NCBI RefSeq assembly: GCF_006345805.1
Contig: NC_043004.1
Span: 94,612,001-94,676,000 of the forward strand
Length of the DNA: 64,000 nt
From: Octopus sinensis
Lineage: Eukaryota
Direction of reading: 5' to 3'
The position numbers and the translations under genes are program-made. The notes under the pieces are model-generated. The model had not been told where the DNA came from and did no database searches. It saw nothing but the letters and a program-made list of their open reading frames with translations. How positions within the stretch are numbered: the first letter of the stretch is position 1; each line of letters starts with the position of its first letter. Positions 39,533 through 52,554 of this stretch are shown here, piece by piece.

Positions 39533-40551
39533 AAATTGATAGTAATATTAATAGAAATTATTTCCTTTATTTGCTTGAAGGACATTGGATGAAGAAGACA
39601 TTACAAAAACAGGTTATATATCATATGGGTGTTTACATAAAATCTGTCAAAGAAATTTTAAGTAGCATTAAGATAAAAAAAATACATGATATACAAATAT
39701 ATCAAAACATGGATGACAGTGTCAGTTTTTCAGATACAGGCAGAACTCAATAAGAGGTAATCAGTAAAATTTTCACAGATCCAAGTTCACTCAGATTACT
39801 AAGGGCTAGTGCCCCATTCTAGCATTTGTCTGGCAACATATAGGTGTATCTTGTCCAAGTGTTTGTACTCTAGTGGCAGACCTGAAGAATTCACAAGAGG
39901 AATGCACTTCTCTCACAAGCTTCATCACTCTCAAATTCTTGTTCAAAAGAAAATTGAAAAAGACAAGAAGGACTTGAATAATGATAATAACAACCGTAAA
40001 CTTGGGCAGGTTTTGAATTTAGCAGAGTGCTTTACTATATTATATTTTTGCTACTACTTTGTTTCATCAGCCCCAGAGAGATAAAGAGCAAAGCTGACAT
40101 CAGTGGTATTTGAACTCAAAACATAAAGTGCCAGTATATATATACCACAAAGCATATTGTCTTACAATGAATTATTCTACCAATTCACCAATTTCCTACA
40201 TCTTTTAAAAGACTTGGTCAGAATGGTAAGGGCTTTCCCATGATATTTTTTAGATTGATGAAGTGGGGAAGTTAATTTTCGACTAGTGACCTGATACAGT
40301 TAACTGCAACAGACTATAATCGACTCATGATAACCAAAGTGTCAGGTAGAAGTGTCAAAATGAATATGGAATTTTTAGAATGATTGGCACTGTCAGTGCT
40401 ATCAACCCTGGTATTTTACTGGTACTTATTTTGCATTGAATCTGGAAAGATAAAACCAAACGTTAAATCTGATAGGATTTGAACAGATAATGTAAAAATG
40501 AGTAATGGGATGCAACATAGAATTTTCTTCAGTCATTTACTGATTCTGTCA

Positions 40552-40700
40552 CATCATCACCCACATCGTCATCATCATCATCATCATCATCATGAAAAGA
40601 ACACTGAAAATGATGATGATGATGATGACGACGACGATGATGATGATGATGATGATGATGATGACGACAATGATGATGATGATAAAGACAATAATAATAA
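40552..40700. repeat. Head-to-head (CAT)n and (GAT)n trinucleotide arrays
   Basis: Direct reading. Confidence 0.9.
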
Positions 40701-40927
40701 CGACCATTGCATTCCTAATAATAGCCGTATCAGTTATAGAAGAAGCGGCTACACAGTTAATGAAGTGTAAACTCTTTAGCAATCAGAGATAAAAGAAAGA
40801 CGATGACTCACGACAAGAAACATTATGAAAATCACCAAATATGATTGGCTAGAGTGACCAACTGAGGTGAGAATAATATCATCGAATATGTTTGAAAAAA
40901 ATATAGGTGGATATATGACTACCTTAC

Positions 40928-40958
<31 letters not shown>

Positions 40959-41430
40959 CATATATATATATACACACTAACATACATTCATACATATATG
41001 CATACATACACACACGTGTATATCACATATATATAAAGATATATGCATATTCATACATATATATATAAAAATATACACATGTATATATGTATGCATACAT
41101 ACATATAAATATATATATATATATATGAATATACATGTATGTACATATACATACATATATACATATATATATATACACATGTATATACATATACATAAAT
41201 ACATATATATATATATACATGCATATATATATGCATAAATAAATACATATATATATATACACGCACATACATGTATATACATATAAATACATATATACAC
41301 ACATATATAAACATACATATATACATATTTTTATGTATATATATATGTGATATATATATGTATATGCATATATATTTACATTTATATGCACATATATATC
41401 TATATATATACCTGTCTATCTACATATCTG

Positions 41431-41468
<38 letters not shown>

Positions 41469-41472
41469 CATG

Positions 41473-41526
<54 letters not shown>

Positions 41527-41539
41527 GCTAGCTAGCTAG

Positions 41540-41600
<61 letters not shown>

Positions 41601-41640
41601 CTATGTATGTATCTATGTATGTATCTATGCATCTATCTAT

Positions 41641-41683
<43 letters not shown>

Positions 41684-41692
41684 GCTAGCTAG

Positions 41693-41744
<52 letters not shown>

Positions 41745-42825
41745 CTATCTAACAATCTCTCTCAATATAAATACATATATAGTCCTCAACCCCAATATCA
41801 TCATCATCATCATCATCATCATCACCATCGAGACCATAATCATGCTTGTTTTTCATGTCTGCTTTTTCCATGGTAGCATGTATGTATGAATTTATATATG
41901 CACTCTGGTCTGATGCAGCAATTATACATTTCATATAGACACAGATAAAAATTCATACACACAAACATGCAAAGGCTGATGCACACACACACACACACCT
42001 ATAGCCATACATACATATTATTAATCGCAAATGCATGTACAAATTTCACAAATGCAGATTTTCATCTCTCAGGAATCAAATATGTTAGTGAAAACTGCAG
42101 CTGAGACTTGCAGTAAATTCTACAAACCTGTGATTAAAACCCAAGTAATGGCAGCAAATATTCTTGCATATATGTGTAGGTATATATTTGTTTATTCATG
42201 CTTACATACATACATACATACATATATATATATATATACAGAGAGAGGGGAAGGGATATATATATACACATATATATATGCACATACATAGAGATGAAAA
42301 AAAAATGAAGAAACGTGTATGCAGGCATGTGTGTGTGTGTGTATGTCTATGTGTGTACATGCATGTGCACATGTGTGTATATGTCTGCATGCATACGTGC
42401 ATACACATGTGCACATGTATATGCATGTGTGAGTGCATGTGTGTGTTCATATTTGTGTGTGTGTGTGCATGTGTGTGTACGTGTGTGTACATGTATACAT
42501 GCATGTGTACATGTGTGAGTGTATGCCTGCATGCATGTGTGCATATGCATGTATATGTGTGTGCATGTGTATGTGTGTGCACGTGTGTGTGTCTGCATGT
42601 GTGTGCGTGCGTGTGTGTGTGTGTGTGTAGAGTCATCCTCTGTGTTACTGAAGCATTGCATTCCTGAAAGTTTTGTTGTAATGTAAAATTCTATAATGAG
42701 AAACACAGATCCCATTGATTCCAATGATCGTTATGTTTCATTTAATATGGAAATCAATGTAAAATATGTTTTACATTACAGACTTGCAGATTATGACACG
42801 ATTTATAGGAATACAATGTTACCAT

Positions 42826-43213
42826 GTGGAAGCACTCCGTCGGTTACGACGACAAGGGTTCCGGTTGATCCGAATCAACGGAACAGCCTGCTCGTGAAAT
42901 TAACGTGTAAGTGGCTGAGCACTCCACAGACACGTGTACCCTTAACGTAGTTCTCGGGGATATTCAGCGTGACACAGAGAGTGACATGGTCGGCCCCTTG
43001 AAATACAGGTACAACAGAAACAGGAAGTAAGAGTGAGAGAAAGTCGTGGTGAAAGAGTACAGCAGGGATCTCCACCATCCCCTGCCGGAGCCTCGTGGAG
43101 CTTTATGTGTTTTTGCTCAATAAACACTCACAACGCCCGGTCTGGGAATCAAAACCACGATCCTATAACCGCGAGTCCGCTGCCCTAACCACTGGGCCAT
43201 TGCGCCTCCACTG
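42826..43213 (-). mobile_element. Full-length SINE family B with 12-bp TSD
   Basis: CAATGTTACCAT at 42814-42825 and 43214-43225. Confidence 0.9.
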
Positions 43214-43244
43214 CAATGTTACCATAGCCATATATGAATACATA

Positions 43245-43546
43245 TCTTTTATCTTTTACTGGATTCAGTCATCTGGCTACGGCCATGCTTGGGCACCACC
43301 TTGAAGAATTTTAGTCAAACAAATTGAGCCCAGGAATTTATTATCTTTTGAAGCCTAGTATTTATTCTATCAGTCTCTTTTTTGTCAAACTGCTAAGTTA
43401 CAGGGACATAAACACACCACCACCGGGTGTCAAGTGGTGGTGGAAGACAAACATAGACAAAGAGACACACACACACACATAGATATATACACACATATGC
43501 ATGTATATATAAATATATATATATATATATATACATACATGCATAC

Positions 43547-43593
<47 letters not shown>

Positions 43594-43658
43594 TATATAT
43601 ACGATGGGCTTCTTACAGTTTCCATGTACCAAATACACTCAAAAGGCTTTGGTCGGCA
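43245..43658 (-). mobile_element. SINE family A, older subfamily, head missing
   Basis: Colinear tail and body. Confidence 0.75.
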
Positions 43659-44021
43659 AATACATATATATGTGTGAATGTGTACACATATATATATATA
43701 TACACACACACTTTTGTGTATACAGTGTGCAGCATGTAACTGAAGGTATTTAATTATCAGTATATTATCTACTTCAAACTAATTAAAGGGTCTTTATTTC
43801 TTCCAGATCCTCCATGGTAGATAAAATGCCAACTCTAGAAATGAAAAGACATGCAGTCATTGTTGCCAAATGTGAAGAACAGAGCAATTTCGAAATTGCC
43901 AACTTTCTAAATGTTGCCATATCATTTGCAGAAAATGTTCATATGGAATTGTAATGGTTCAGCTGTATCAAAGAGAAACAAAACAATCTGAACTTTTTGG
44001 TCAATATAAGGACACCATTAA

Positions 44022-44242
44022 CCCTTTCATTCCTGTATTTATTTTGAGATGTTCTGTGTTTCTTTCAATTATTTTAAATATAACAAAGAATTTAGTAAAA
44101 CAACTTAGTTATCATTGAGCTAGTGTTAGGAACATAAATTGTGACTAAGGTTTGGTGGAAGATTTTAATTTAAAACTTATGAAAACAAGACATTTGTACT
44201 ACAGAGCCAGAGCCAGTTTCAGCCGGGCTGGTAACAAAAGGG
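44022..44242. mobile_element. piggyBac-type MITE, 221 bp, with an interior different from the 29831 MITE
   Basis: TTAA|CCCTTT ... AAAGGG|TTAA. Confidence 0.85.
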
Positions 44243-44246
44243 TTAA

Positions 44247-44462
44247 GGTAGCAAGCTGGCAGAATCATTAGCATGCCTGGCCAAATGCTTAGCAGCATTT
44301 TATCTGTCGTTACGTTCTGAGTTCAATTTCTGCTGAAGTCGACTTTGCCTTTCATCATTTCGGGGTCAATAAAATAAGTACCAGTTGAGCACAGGGGTCA
44401 ATGTAATTAATTTACCCCACTTCCCCTGAAATTACTGGCTTCGTGACAAAATTTGAAACCAG
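44247..44462 (+). mobile_element. SINE family C
   Basis: Head and central domain present; TAAGGACACCA duplicated at 44007-44017 and 44465-44475. Confidence 0.8.
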
Positions 44463-44613
44463 TGTAAGGACACCACAATTCAGCTAACAGATCCAAATCA
44501 TTGTTGGTGATGATCCTAGAGAGTCAATGAAGGCTATCACAAGAATTGTGTTGCACAACGACATTCAATACAAAACATTTGTGCAGAGGAGAGTCTAATT
44601 CATGTCTCCATGA

Positions 44614-44654
<41 letters not shown>

Positions 44655-44824
44655 AATGCATATACACATATAGATATACATATAATACATTTGTACATAC
44701 ACATATATTTATGTGTATGTGTGTGTATATACATATTTATGTGTGTGTATACATATATTTGTATGTATGTATATACATATATATATGTATGTATATACAT
44801 ATGTATGTGTGTTTATATATATAT

Positions 44825-45292
44825 AATAGAAATATTAAAATTACTAAGTGTCTCTAAAGGAGATTACGGCAGCGTTACTGTAAATTAATAGTTATCGTCA
44901 TACTTATATGGCAGTCTTATAAATATAAGACTAAAGCTGTCGCTGATTAGCTCCAAGAGGCCACTGCCTCAAGCTAGCTATTTGACACACAACCTGCGTC
45001 CATTATAAACCTTCGAACAGGGGAGGTCAGCCGCTTCATCCTGCCAGTCAGACAGCTGCAGACATGTTTCAGGGTATTTGCCCTTTATCAATGCAGCGTA
45101 GTCATACCCAGCAGGTGTCGCTACTGACTGTCCCTGTTCGAAGAATCTATTTACCTAGTTTCAGCGGAATACATCCACTTGTTTTCAATAATAGGAATAT
45201 TAGAATTACTAAGTCTCTCTAAAGGAGATTACGGCAGCATTATTGGAAATTAATAGTTATTGCCATACTTATATGGCAGTCTTATAAATATA
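44825..45292 (-). mobile_element. Retrozyme or Penelope-LTR-like partial tandem (365-bp monomer, about 1.3 copies)
   Basis: 44825-44927 is repeated at 45190-45292; central HHR; TA-rich arrays on both sides. Confidence 0.7.
45055..45097 (-). ncRNA. Type I hammerhead ribozyme, U3-A8 core variant
   Basis: Minus strand reads gctgca TTGATAA aggg(caaata)ccct GAAA catg TC tgcagc. Confidence 0.72.
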
Positions 45293-45308
45293 TGTATATA
45301 TATGTATG

Positions 45309-45388
<80 letters not shown>

Positions 45389-45429
45389 CAACATGAAACT
45401 CAAAGAAAACATGTCTGCAATGTAAGCCA

Positions 45430-46245
45430 TAGGCTACAAGTTTGTCCCTGAATGAAAGGTTACTGCAAATAAGGACGAAATTTCCAAAGAGAGGGTAAGT
45501 TCTCTCTTTGGATAGAACTTACAAACAAAGACTGTAAACTTCATAAATGCAGAACTCAAAGGCAGTGAAAAATCCTGCCTGGAAACAACATTGCTGGAAA
45601 CTGAGAAACATCTGAAACACTCCCGTGAATAAGAAAGAGCAGACAAAGAAGCATGGGTTATAGAAAATTATAAAATCAAACCCTAAAGCCCATTTTAAGT
45701 ATGCAAAAGAAACTGACTCTGAGCATTACAGAGTAGGACAAAAAGATGATTCCTTTACAGGAAACCCAATGAGGATAATTAAAACACTGAATGAATATTG
45801 CTAAAGTGTTTTCACCCACCCTTACAGCACATGCAACTGTAGAGTTCTTTACCACTACAGATGTAAAAAAGAAGAAGGCTGTAACAATTGATTACATCAG
45901 CATCAAAGATGTAATACTGGTCATAGATTAGGTAGATGCAAACTCAGTTGCTGGCCTTGATTGATTCCCAGCAATCCACAAATCATACAAATGAGCTCTT
46001 GCAAAAGCACTGTATCTACTATTTCAGAGCCTGCTTGCAAATGGAAAGCTCCCATGCAAATTTAAGTAGGGAATGATATACCCTATCCCTAAAGGAGGAA
46101 ATAGAGCAGATGAGGCAGCCACATCAAACAATCTCATTAACCTAATGCCACAGATCAGAGAAGGTTTCAACTAGTGAGTATGTGGCAAAGCTAACAGCAG
46201 TGCTCCAGCAAGGCCACAGCTCTGGAGTTGAAACTAATAAAAGAA
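45430..46245 (+). mobile_element. Old, internally deleted relative of the 2534-6913 LINE
   Basis: YKFVPE*KVT..SKER aligns to YKCVPERKAT..PRER, and CPIPKGGNRAD to CPIHKGGSRAE; tail GCAGTGCTCCAGCAAGGCCACAGCTC..GTTGAAACTA at about 46195-46236. Confidence 0.75.
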
Positions 46246-46270
46246 AAATACAAGAAAAATATATATATAT

Positions 46271-46667
46271 CTGTGTGGTAAGTAGCTTGTCTACCAGCCA
46301 CATGGTTCCGGGTTCAGTCCTACTGCGTGGCACCATGGGCAAGTGTCTTCTACTATAGTCTCGGGCCGACCAAAGCCTTGTGAGTGGATTTGGTAGATGG
46401 AAACTGAAAGAAGCCTGTCATATATATGTATATATACATAAGTGTGTGTGTATATGTTTGTGTGTCTGTGTTTGTCCCCCCAGCATTGCTTGACAACCGA
46501 TGCTGGTGTGTTTACGTCCCTGTCACTTAGCAGTTCAGCAAAATACACTAATAGAATAAGTACTGGGCTTACAAAGAATAAGTCCCGGGGTCGATTTGCT
46601 CGACTAAAGGCGGTGCTCCAGCATGGCCACAGTTAAATAACTGAAACAAGTAAAAGAGAAAAAGAGT
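46271..46667 (+). mobile_element. SINE family A
   Basis: Near-full-length copy. Confidence 0.9.
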
Positions 46668-47340
46668 ATATATCTACATATATATATTTAATATATTTAG
46701 CATATAAACTCATCTCTAGATGTATGCATGACTGTATTTGCATAAGTATGTATGTATATGTTATCAAGTGACTTTGCGAAATGTCTGTATATCAAATGGA
46801 ACATGAAACAGATACTGCAAATTGTAAATTACTTTTCAGTTGAAATATTTAATGAATTGAAGCTGATTTGAAATTAATTATCATGAAATACCGACTTTGA
46901 TAACTAATGGTCATGTTATCATATTAATACTGCTATTCCTCTGTGGAGAAGTTATAAAATATAAATATTTCTGACATAAGTACAAAGCTACACAGTTTGA
47001 TGAATGCTATAATGAATTATATTTGATGTAGATAGATGTGAATTTTCTACAGGGATTTCAATTTGTTATTTTACTGGCTTCTGTTATCTACACATTTTAA
47101 TAATATCAGAAATAATAAAAATGATTATGGCAAACTTTAAGACAACACCATTATTTTTAGGTAGAAAGGGTTGTCTGATTACATCAATCCCAGTGATTAA
47201 CTTGCACTTTCTTTTTAATCACCTTAAAATGATGAAAGGCAAATGTGACATGGCAGAATTTGAACTCATAACATAAAGAGCCTAAAAACAAAACCATTTT
47301 ATGTTTTCTTTTTTCCCTCCTGCTTCTTTAATTTTTCTAT

Positions 47341-47748
47341 TACTCTTTACTCTTTTACTTGTTTCAGTCATTTGACTGTGGACATGCTGGAGCACCGCCT
47401 TTAGTCGAGCAAATCGACCCTGGGACTTATTCTTTGTAAGCCCAGTACTTATGCTATCGGTCTCTTTTGCCGAACTGCAAAGTGATGGGGATGTAAACAC
47501 ACCAGCATTGGTTGTCAAGCAATGCTAGGGGGACAAACACAGACACACAAACACACAGACGCATATATATATATACATATATACGACGGGCTTCTTTCAG
47601 TTTCCGTCTACGAAATCCACTCACAAGGCTTTGGTCGGCCCGAGGCTATACTAGAAGATACTTGCCCAAGGTGCCATGCAGTGGGGCTGAACTCGGAACC
47701 ATGTGGTTGGTAAACAAGCTACTTACCACACAGCCACTCCTGTGCCTA
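47341..47748 (-). mobile_element. SINE family A
   Basis: Full-length copy. Confidence 0.9.
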
Positions 47749-47864
47749 TATTGTTTTTTTTTCTAATATTTCTATTTATCTTTCTTCTCTTTTGCTAGTT
47801 ACTTCAAACCAGTGGTTTGTTTTGTTTGTATGCATGAATATCTGCATATATGTATGTGATGTGT

Positions 47865-48345
47865 GGAGGCGCAATGGCCCAGTGGTTAGGGCCATGGACT
47901 TACGGTCGTCAGATCGCGATTTCAATTCCCAGACTGAGCATTGTGAGTGTTTATTGAGTAAAAACACCTAAAGCTCCACAAAGCTCCGGCAAGGGGTGGT
48001 GGTGAACCCTGCTGTACTCTTTCAGCACAACTTTCTATCACTCTTTCTTCCTGTTTCTGTTGTACCTGTATTTCAAAGGGCCAGCCTTGTCATACTCTGT
48101 GTCATGCTGAATCTCTCCTAAGAACTACGTAAAGGGTACATGTGTCTATTAATAAATGAGCTGCGTCATCACTGGTGCCAAGCTGTATCAACCTTTGCCT
48201 TTCCCTTGGATAACATCGGTGGCGTGGAGAGGGGAGGCTGGTATGCATGGGCGACTGCTGGTCTTCCATAAACAACCGTGCCTGGATTTGTACCTTGAGG
48301 GTAACCTCCTAGGTGCAATCCCATGGTCATTCATGACCGAAGGGA
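47865..48345 (+). mobile_element. SINE family B (to about 48147) joined to the 3' part of a family D SINE
   Basis: Head and body match 42826-43213; 48155-48345 matches 19630-19830 in reverse. Confidence 0.75.
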
Positions 48346-48560
48346 GTCACAACAACAATGTATGTTATGTGTTTCTGTAACTGTACATATGTTTGTATGT
48401 ATATATATAAATACTTGGCATGTGGAAAGCACCTTTCGAGTGTTGGGCCTCACAGAGGCAATGATGAAGGACTGAAACTTTTGGCATTATTCCAGGTTTG
48501 AAAAGAAGACCTATCAAGCCAATTCAAATTGTAATCATGGCAGATATATATATAAATATA

Positions 48561-48607
<47 letters not shown>

Positions 48608-49478
48608 TATATATATATATATATATACACACACATACATATCTATATACAGAGAGAGAGAGAGAGAGAGAGATCTGTTATAAGTAGAGTCAACAAAAAA
48701 ATACTTCATTCATACATATGACTCCAAAGAACTGCAAAATTTTTGAGAGGTGGTCCTTACATTTGATTTCATGATATTAAGGGACAAATTTCTATACATA
48801 AATTCCATACATTAATTTATAAATCAAACAAGCGTATTTTGAAAACGTGTTTATTCACAGAAGTGTACATGTAGAAGCATGCATGCATACATACGTACAT
48901 ACATATAAGCATGTGTGTCTGTTTGTGAGTATGTGTGTAGATACACAAGTATATATTTATAAATACATATGTATGCATGTGTGTATATGTCAATATAGGC
49001 AGTATATACATGATATGCATATTCTGCTACTGTGAATATCGAAGAAAGTTTAAACTTTTGACTATTTAAAATGACTGTTTCGTTTCAGAAAAGAAAATAC
49101 ATTGCAAAGTTGTAGTAGTAGTAGTCGTAGTAGTAGCTCTGTGATCATGGTTCACGGTTGATGTTTCTGTCTGTTGGCAATGTTGTCACCTTGAATATCT
49201 AGAATAATGATTATGTTCAGGCATAAAAGCCAAACGAAAAATAAAATTAAAATTTTAAAAATATATATATATATATAAATGTATATATGAAAGCGCATAC
49301 TCCAAAACCATCATGTTGCTTAAAATAACTTTGTACAAGACAGCATATCAAGTCATAATGAGAAAGACAGAGAGGGGGGGAGGGTTAAGACATCATGAAG
49401 CATTTCAGCATGAATAGTTATACTTTTATTTACTGCTGTCAATATGTTTCAGATGTTATTCGTTTATGCAGATGATAA

Positions 49479-49516
<38 letters not shown>

Positions 49517-49643
49517 GTATAAATAATTGGCCAAATAAGATAAGTGAGAGTGAGCTCGTGTGATTGACTCTTTGAATCAGTATTCTTGTCCTCAATCAAT
49601 CTCTATACCTCTTCCTTCTCTCTCTTCCCTCTCTCTCTCTCTC

Positions 49644-49678
<35 letters not shown>

Positions 49679-49686
49679 ATATATAT

Positions 49687-50102
49687 ATTTCTTTATTGCC
49701 CACAAGAGGCTAAACATAGAGGGGACAAACAAGGACAGACAAAGGGATTAAGTCGATTACATCGACCTCAGTGCGAAACTGGTACTTTATTTATCGACCC
49801 CGAAAGGATGAAAGGCAAAGTCGACCTCGGCGGAATTTGAACTCAGAACGCAACGACTGACGAAATACCTATTTCTTTATTACCCACAAGGGGCTAAACA
49901 GAGAGGGGACAAACAAGGACAGACAAAGGGATTAAGTCGATTACATCGAACCCAGTGCGAAACTGGTACTTTATTTATCGACCCCGAGAGGATGAAAGGC
50001 AAAGTCGACCTCGGCGGAATTTGAACTCAGAACGTAACGACAGACGAAATACCGCTAAGCATTTCGCCCGGCGCGCTAACTTGTCTGCCAGCTCGACGCC
50101 TT
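49687..50102 (-). mobile_element. SINE family C, head-to-tail partial dimer
   Basis: 49687-49868 and 49871-50052 are near-identical units. Confidence 0.88.
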
Positions 50103-50111
50103 ACATATATA

Positions 50112-50630
50112 TCCCAGTGTCCGGGTTAAGTTTGATGATGTTCTACGTCTGCTTTTCCTTTTCAGGAATAGCTCAATGTGTGAGGAATAGTCAGCAGTGT
50201 TGTAGAGCACAGATATGAAGATTGTAGCCGAGAAAAAGTTAGCGGACATGGAGGACTGGAAGCCATCTGAATATTGGAAAAAAATTACCTGTATCAAGAT
50301 GATCCATGCCAGGTGTCAAAATGCCTACATCGTGGCTGCTGTTGTTCAATGATCTAGGAACATTATAAGGGCTCTAAGACATGACATAGAGAGTTATAAC
50401 TTAGACTAGGAAGCTGTGGCTTGTAGGAAGGGAAACAGCAGTGATGGTGACGTCATGCCACCCTCCATCTTTGAACGGAGCCTTAGATTCAATTCAGATA
50501 TGTAGCTGAACTGAACTGAAATGAAATGATAAGAAATAAAAAATAATCACAGTTGGTGAATAATTTTGACTTAACCTTTGGTTGGATAGCAAAAAGTGTA
50601 GTCACACACACACACACACACACACACACA

Positions 50631-50679
<49 letters not shown>

Positions 50680-51885
50680 AATCCGTTCTGTCTGTTTGTG
50701 TGTCTTCTAGGATCTCGGGTATCCTCCATCCAATTGTGCTCATATTTGATATGCAGATACCGACGGTATCAGGGCGTGTATAAGTCTTGAAATAATTACA
50801 AAAATCGATTCCAGGTGAGAATGCGATCGATAAAACCGTTTTTGTCCTGCTTTTCTTCCGTCAACCTGTACATAACTGCACCTTTCTTTTTTTTTGTTTT
50901 TGTTCTGCTTAAAGGCACGTTTCTTTCCTGCCAAGCTTATTATTTAAACCATGTTTGTGTTCTCTCAGTCAACAGCCTTATCATTACTGGTACTTTAAAC
51001 TATACGGTTGTATATTTGTGTGAATAAAATCGTTTTTCTTTGGAACAGAAAACAGTCTATCTTTATTTCTTCTTTTGCTGGTGTCTCAAATTTAGGTTAA
51101 ATCAGTGTATCGCAAAGGGGAGGCCTATGGGACTGTCGGACAAGTTGTTTTGAGAAAATTTGGTTTAAATGTTTGACAACTCAGCACAAATAAGTTTCAT
51201 CATTCTAATTCATCTTTTACATCCTTACGCTATGAAGCACATCATAAAGGAAAATAAGCAATATCTTGCAAATTCATTTCGTTTATATTTGAAAGTACAA
51301 TTTTGATTAAATGGCAGGATTTCAAAAGATTTTTATGAACTTCCTCGTTTGTGTTCAAACTAATAACACAATGTTCTCTCAAAGTGAAGCTGCTGGAAAC
51401 TGTGGTCAAACCCTAGCTATAGAAGACCGCTGGTGGTTGTAGGCCACATGTGAGGCAGCAGAGTTCGGCTTCTTGCCATACTTCTGGAAACAGTCTGAAG
51501 TGATTGTCAGAGAATTTCTACAACTTCATAATCCCCAATGTCTGGCTTCCTAATCCCTCCACCCCGATTGTAATCCCATGGATTTCTATGTGTGAGGCAC
51601 ACTTGAGAGAGACACCAACTGCTCTATATGCAACACCACGGCAGCCAAGATCAAGGAGGTATTCGAAGACCTTCCCAGTGACACAGTATGGAATGCATGC
51701 ACTAGGTTCTGGAGCTGTCTTGAGATATGATGGAAGCTGAGGGTGGCTACTTTTGAGCAAGCTGTCATTTCCCAGTCATAACCTACTTGACATTTTTAAT
51801 CTTTTAAAATACTTTTCTTTTTGGATGGCATATTGTGTTTTCTTTTCTTTCTATGCAAACTGTCGAATTTATCTTAAACACCTGG
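50112..51885 (+). mobile_element. Internally deleted DD37D/maT element, interrupted at about 50500-51382
   Basis: MEDWKPSEYWKKITCI..., SSDGDVMPP.IFERSLRFNSD | insert | VKLLETVVKP...SENFYNFIIPNVW...DCNPMDFYV; diverged TIR-like ends. Confidence 0.7.
50670..51186 (+). mobile_element. Helitron-like element, copy 2 (lacks about 260 bp of the 20318 copy)
   Basis: Reverse complement of 20318-20660 plus 20920-21092. Confidence 0.5.
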
Positions 51886-52135
51886 TATGTAGTAAACACA
51901 AGTAGATTTGATAGGTAAAGTTGTGAGATAAACTCTAACAAGGATTTGCCTGAATTAGTCTTTGATACTTTAGGTGGAGGTAATTCCAGATGTAAAGTTG
52001 ATAACTTTGCGATAATACTTAGCAATAATATTGATTATAATACTGATAATAATCTTGGTTTAACACCTAATTCTGAGAGCTGAATTAGTAAATTTCCTTT
52101 AACCAAGAGTGCTACATATGAGTGAATAAGCACCT

Positions 52136-52554
52136 CTGTAATTTCAAGGACAAAAATGTGTCCTTTAGAAAATCATTCTTTAAGGAAGACTATAGTATAT
52201 AACTGTAGGATAATTGCAGGGGATAGTACGTATTATTTCATAGGTTCTTTTGCTACAATTTGGAAATTCAGATTACACAACCATCTTTCTACATTTAAAT
52301 TTAGAAAATGTAATTCTGCGAATCTCAAAAAATTCCTTTGGGATTTCAAAGACAGGGACAATAACTACGATCTAAAGTGGTCCAGTATTAGTTATGCTAC
52401 GTCGTACAATACTGGTAATTTTAAATGTGATATTTGCCAAGAGAAATGTTATTTTTTAATTACTTCAAAATTAAGATTATTAAATTGTAGAAACAATCGT
52501 ACATTGAAATATTCCCATAAATTAAGAAAAGCATTTACATATTTCAATAACTAA
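52136..52554 (+). pseudogene. Penelope-like element GIY-YIG endonuclease domain remnant
   Basis: CN.KDK..CPLEN, IVY...YFIG, FRLHNH.STF, FLWDFKD, LKWS, CDICQEK, LLN and SH match the Cys/His-containing GIY-YIG domain at the C-terminus of Penelope-like ORFs. Confidence 0.8.

Larger units (their letters stand above)
43721..44545 (+). mobile_element. 5' part of a DD37D/maT element, interrupted by a SINE and a MITE
   Basis: TA|CAGTGTGC end; MPTLEMKRHAVIVAK..SNFEIANFLNVA; the reading resumes after 44465 with RTPQF..IQIIVGDDPRESMKAI. Confidence 0.6.

Noticed and set aside
40498-40792. Poly-His/poly-Asp and poly-Met ORFs
   Set aside because: These derive from (CAT)n and (GAT)n trinucleotide repeats.
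47512-47766. Recurrent MSSNARGTNTD... and ...EDTCPRCHAVGLNPEPCGW peptides as a gene family
   Set aside because: They are antisense readings of SINE family A copies.
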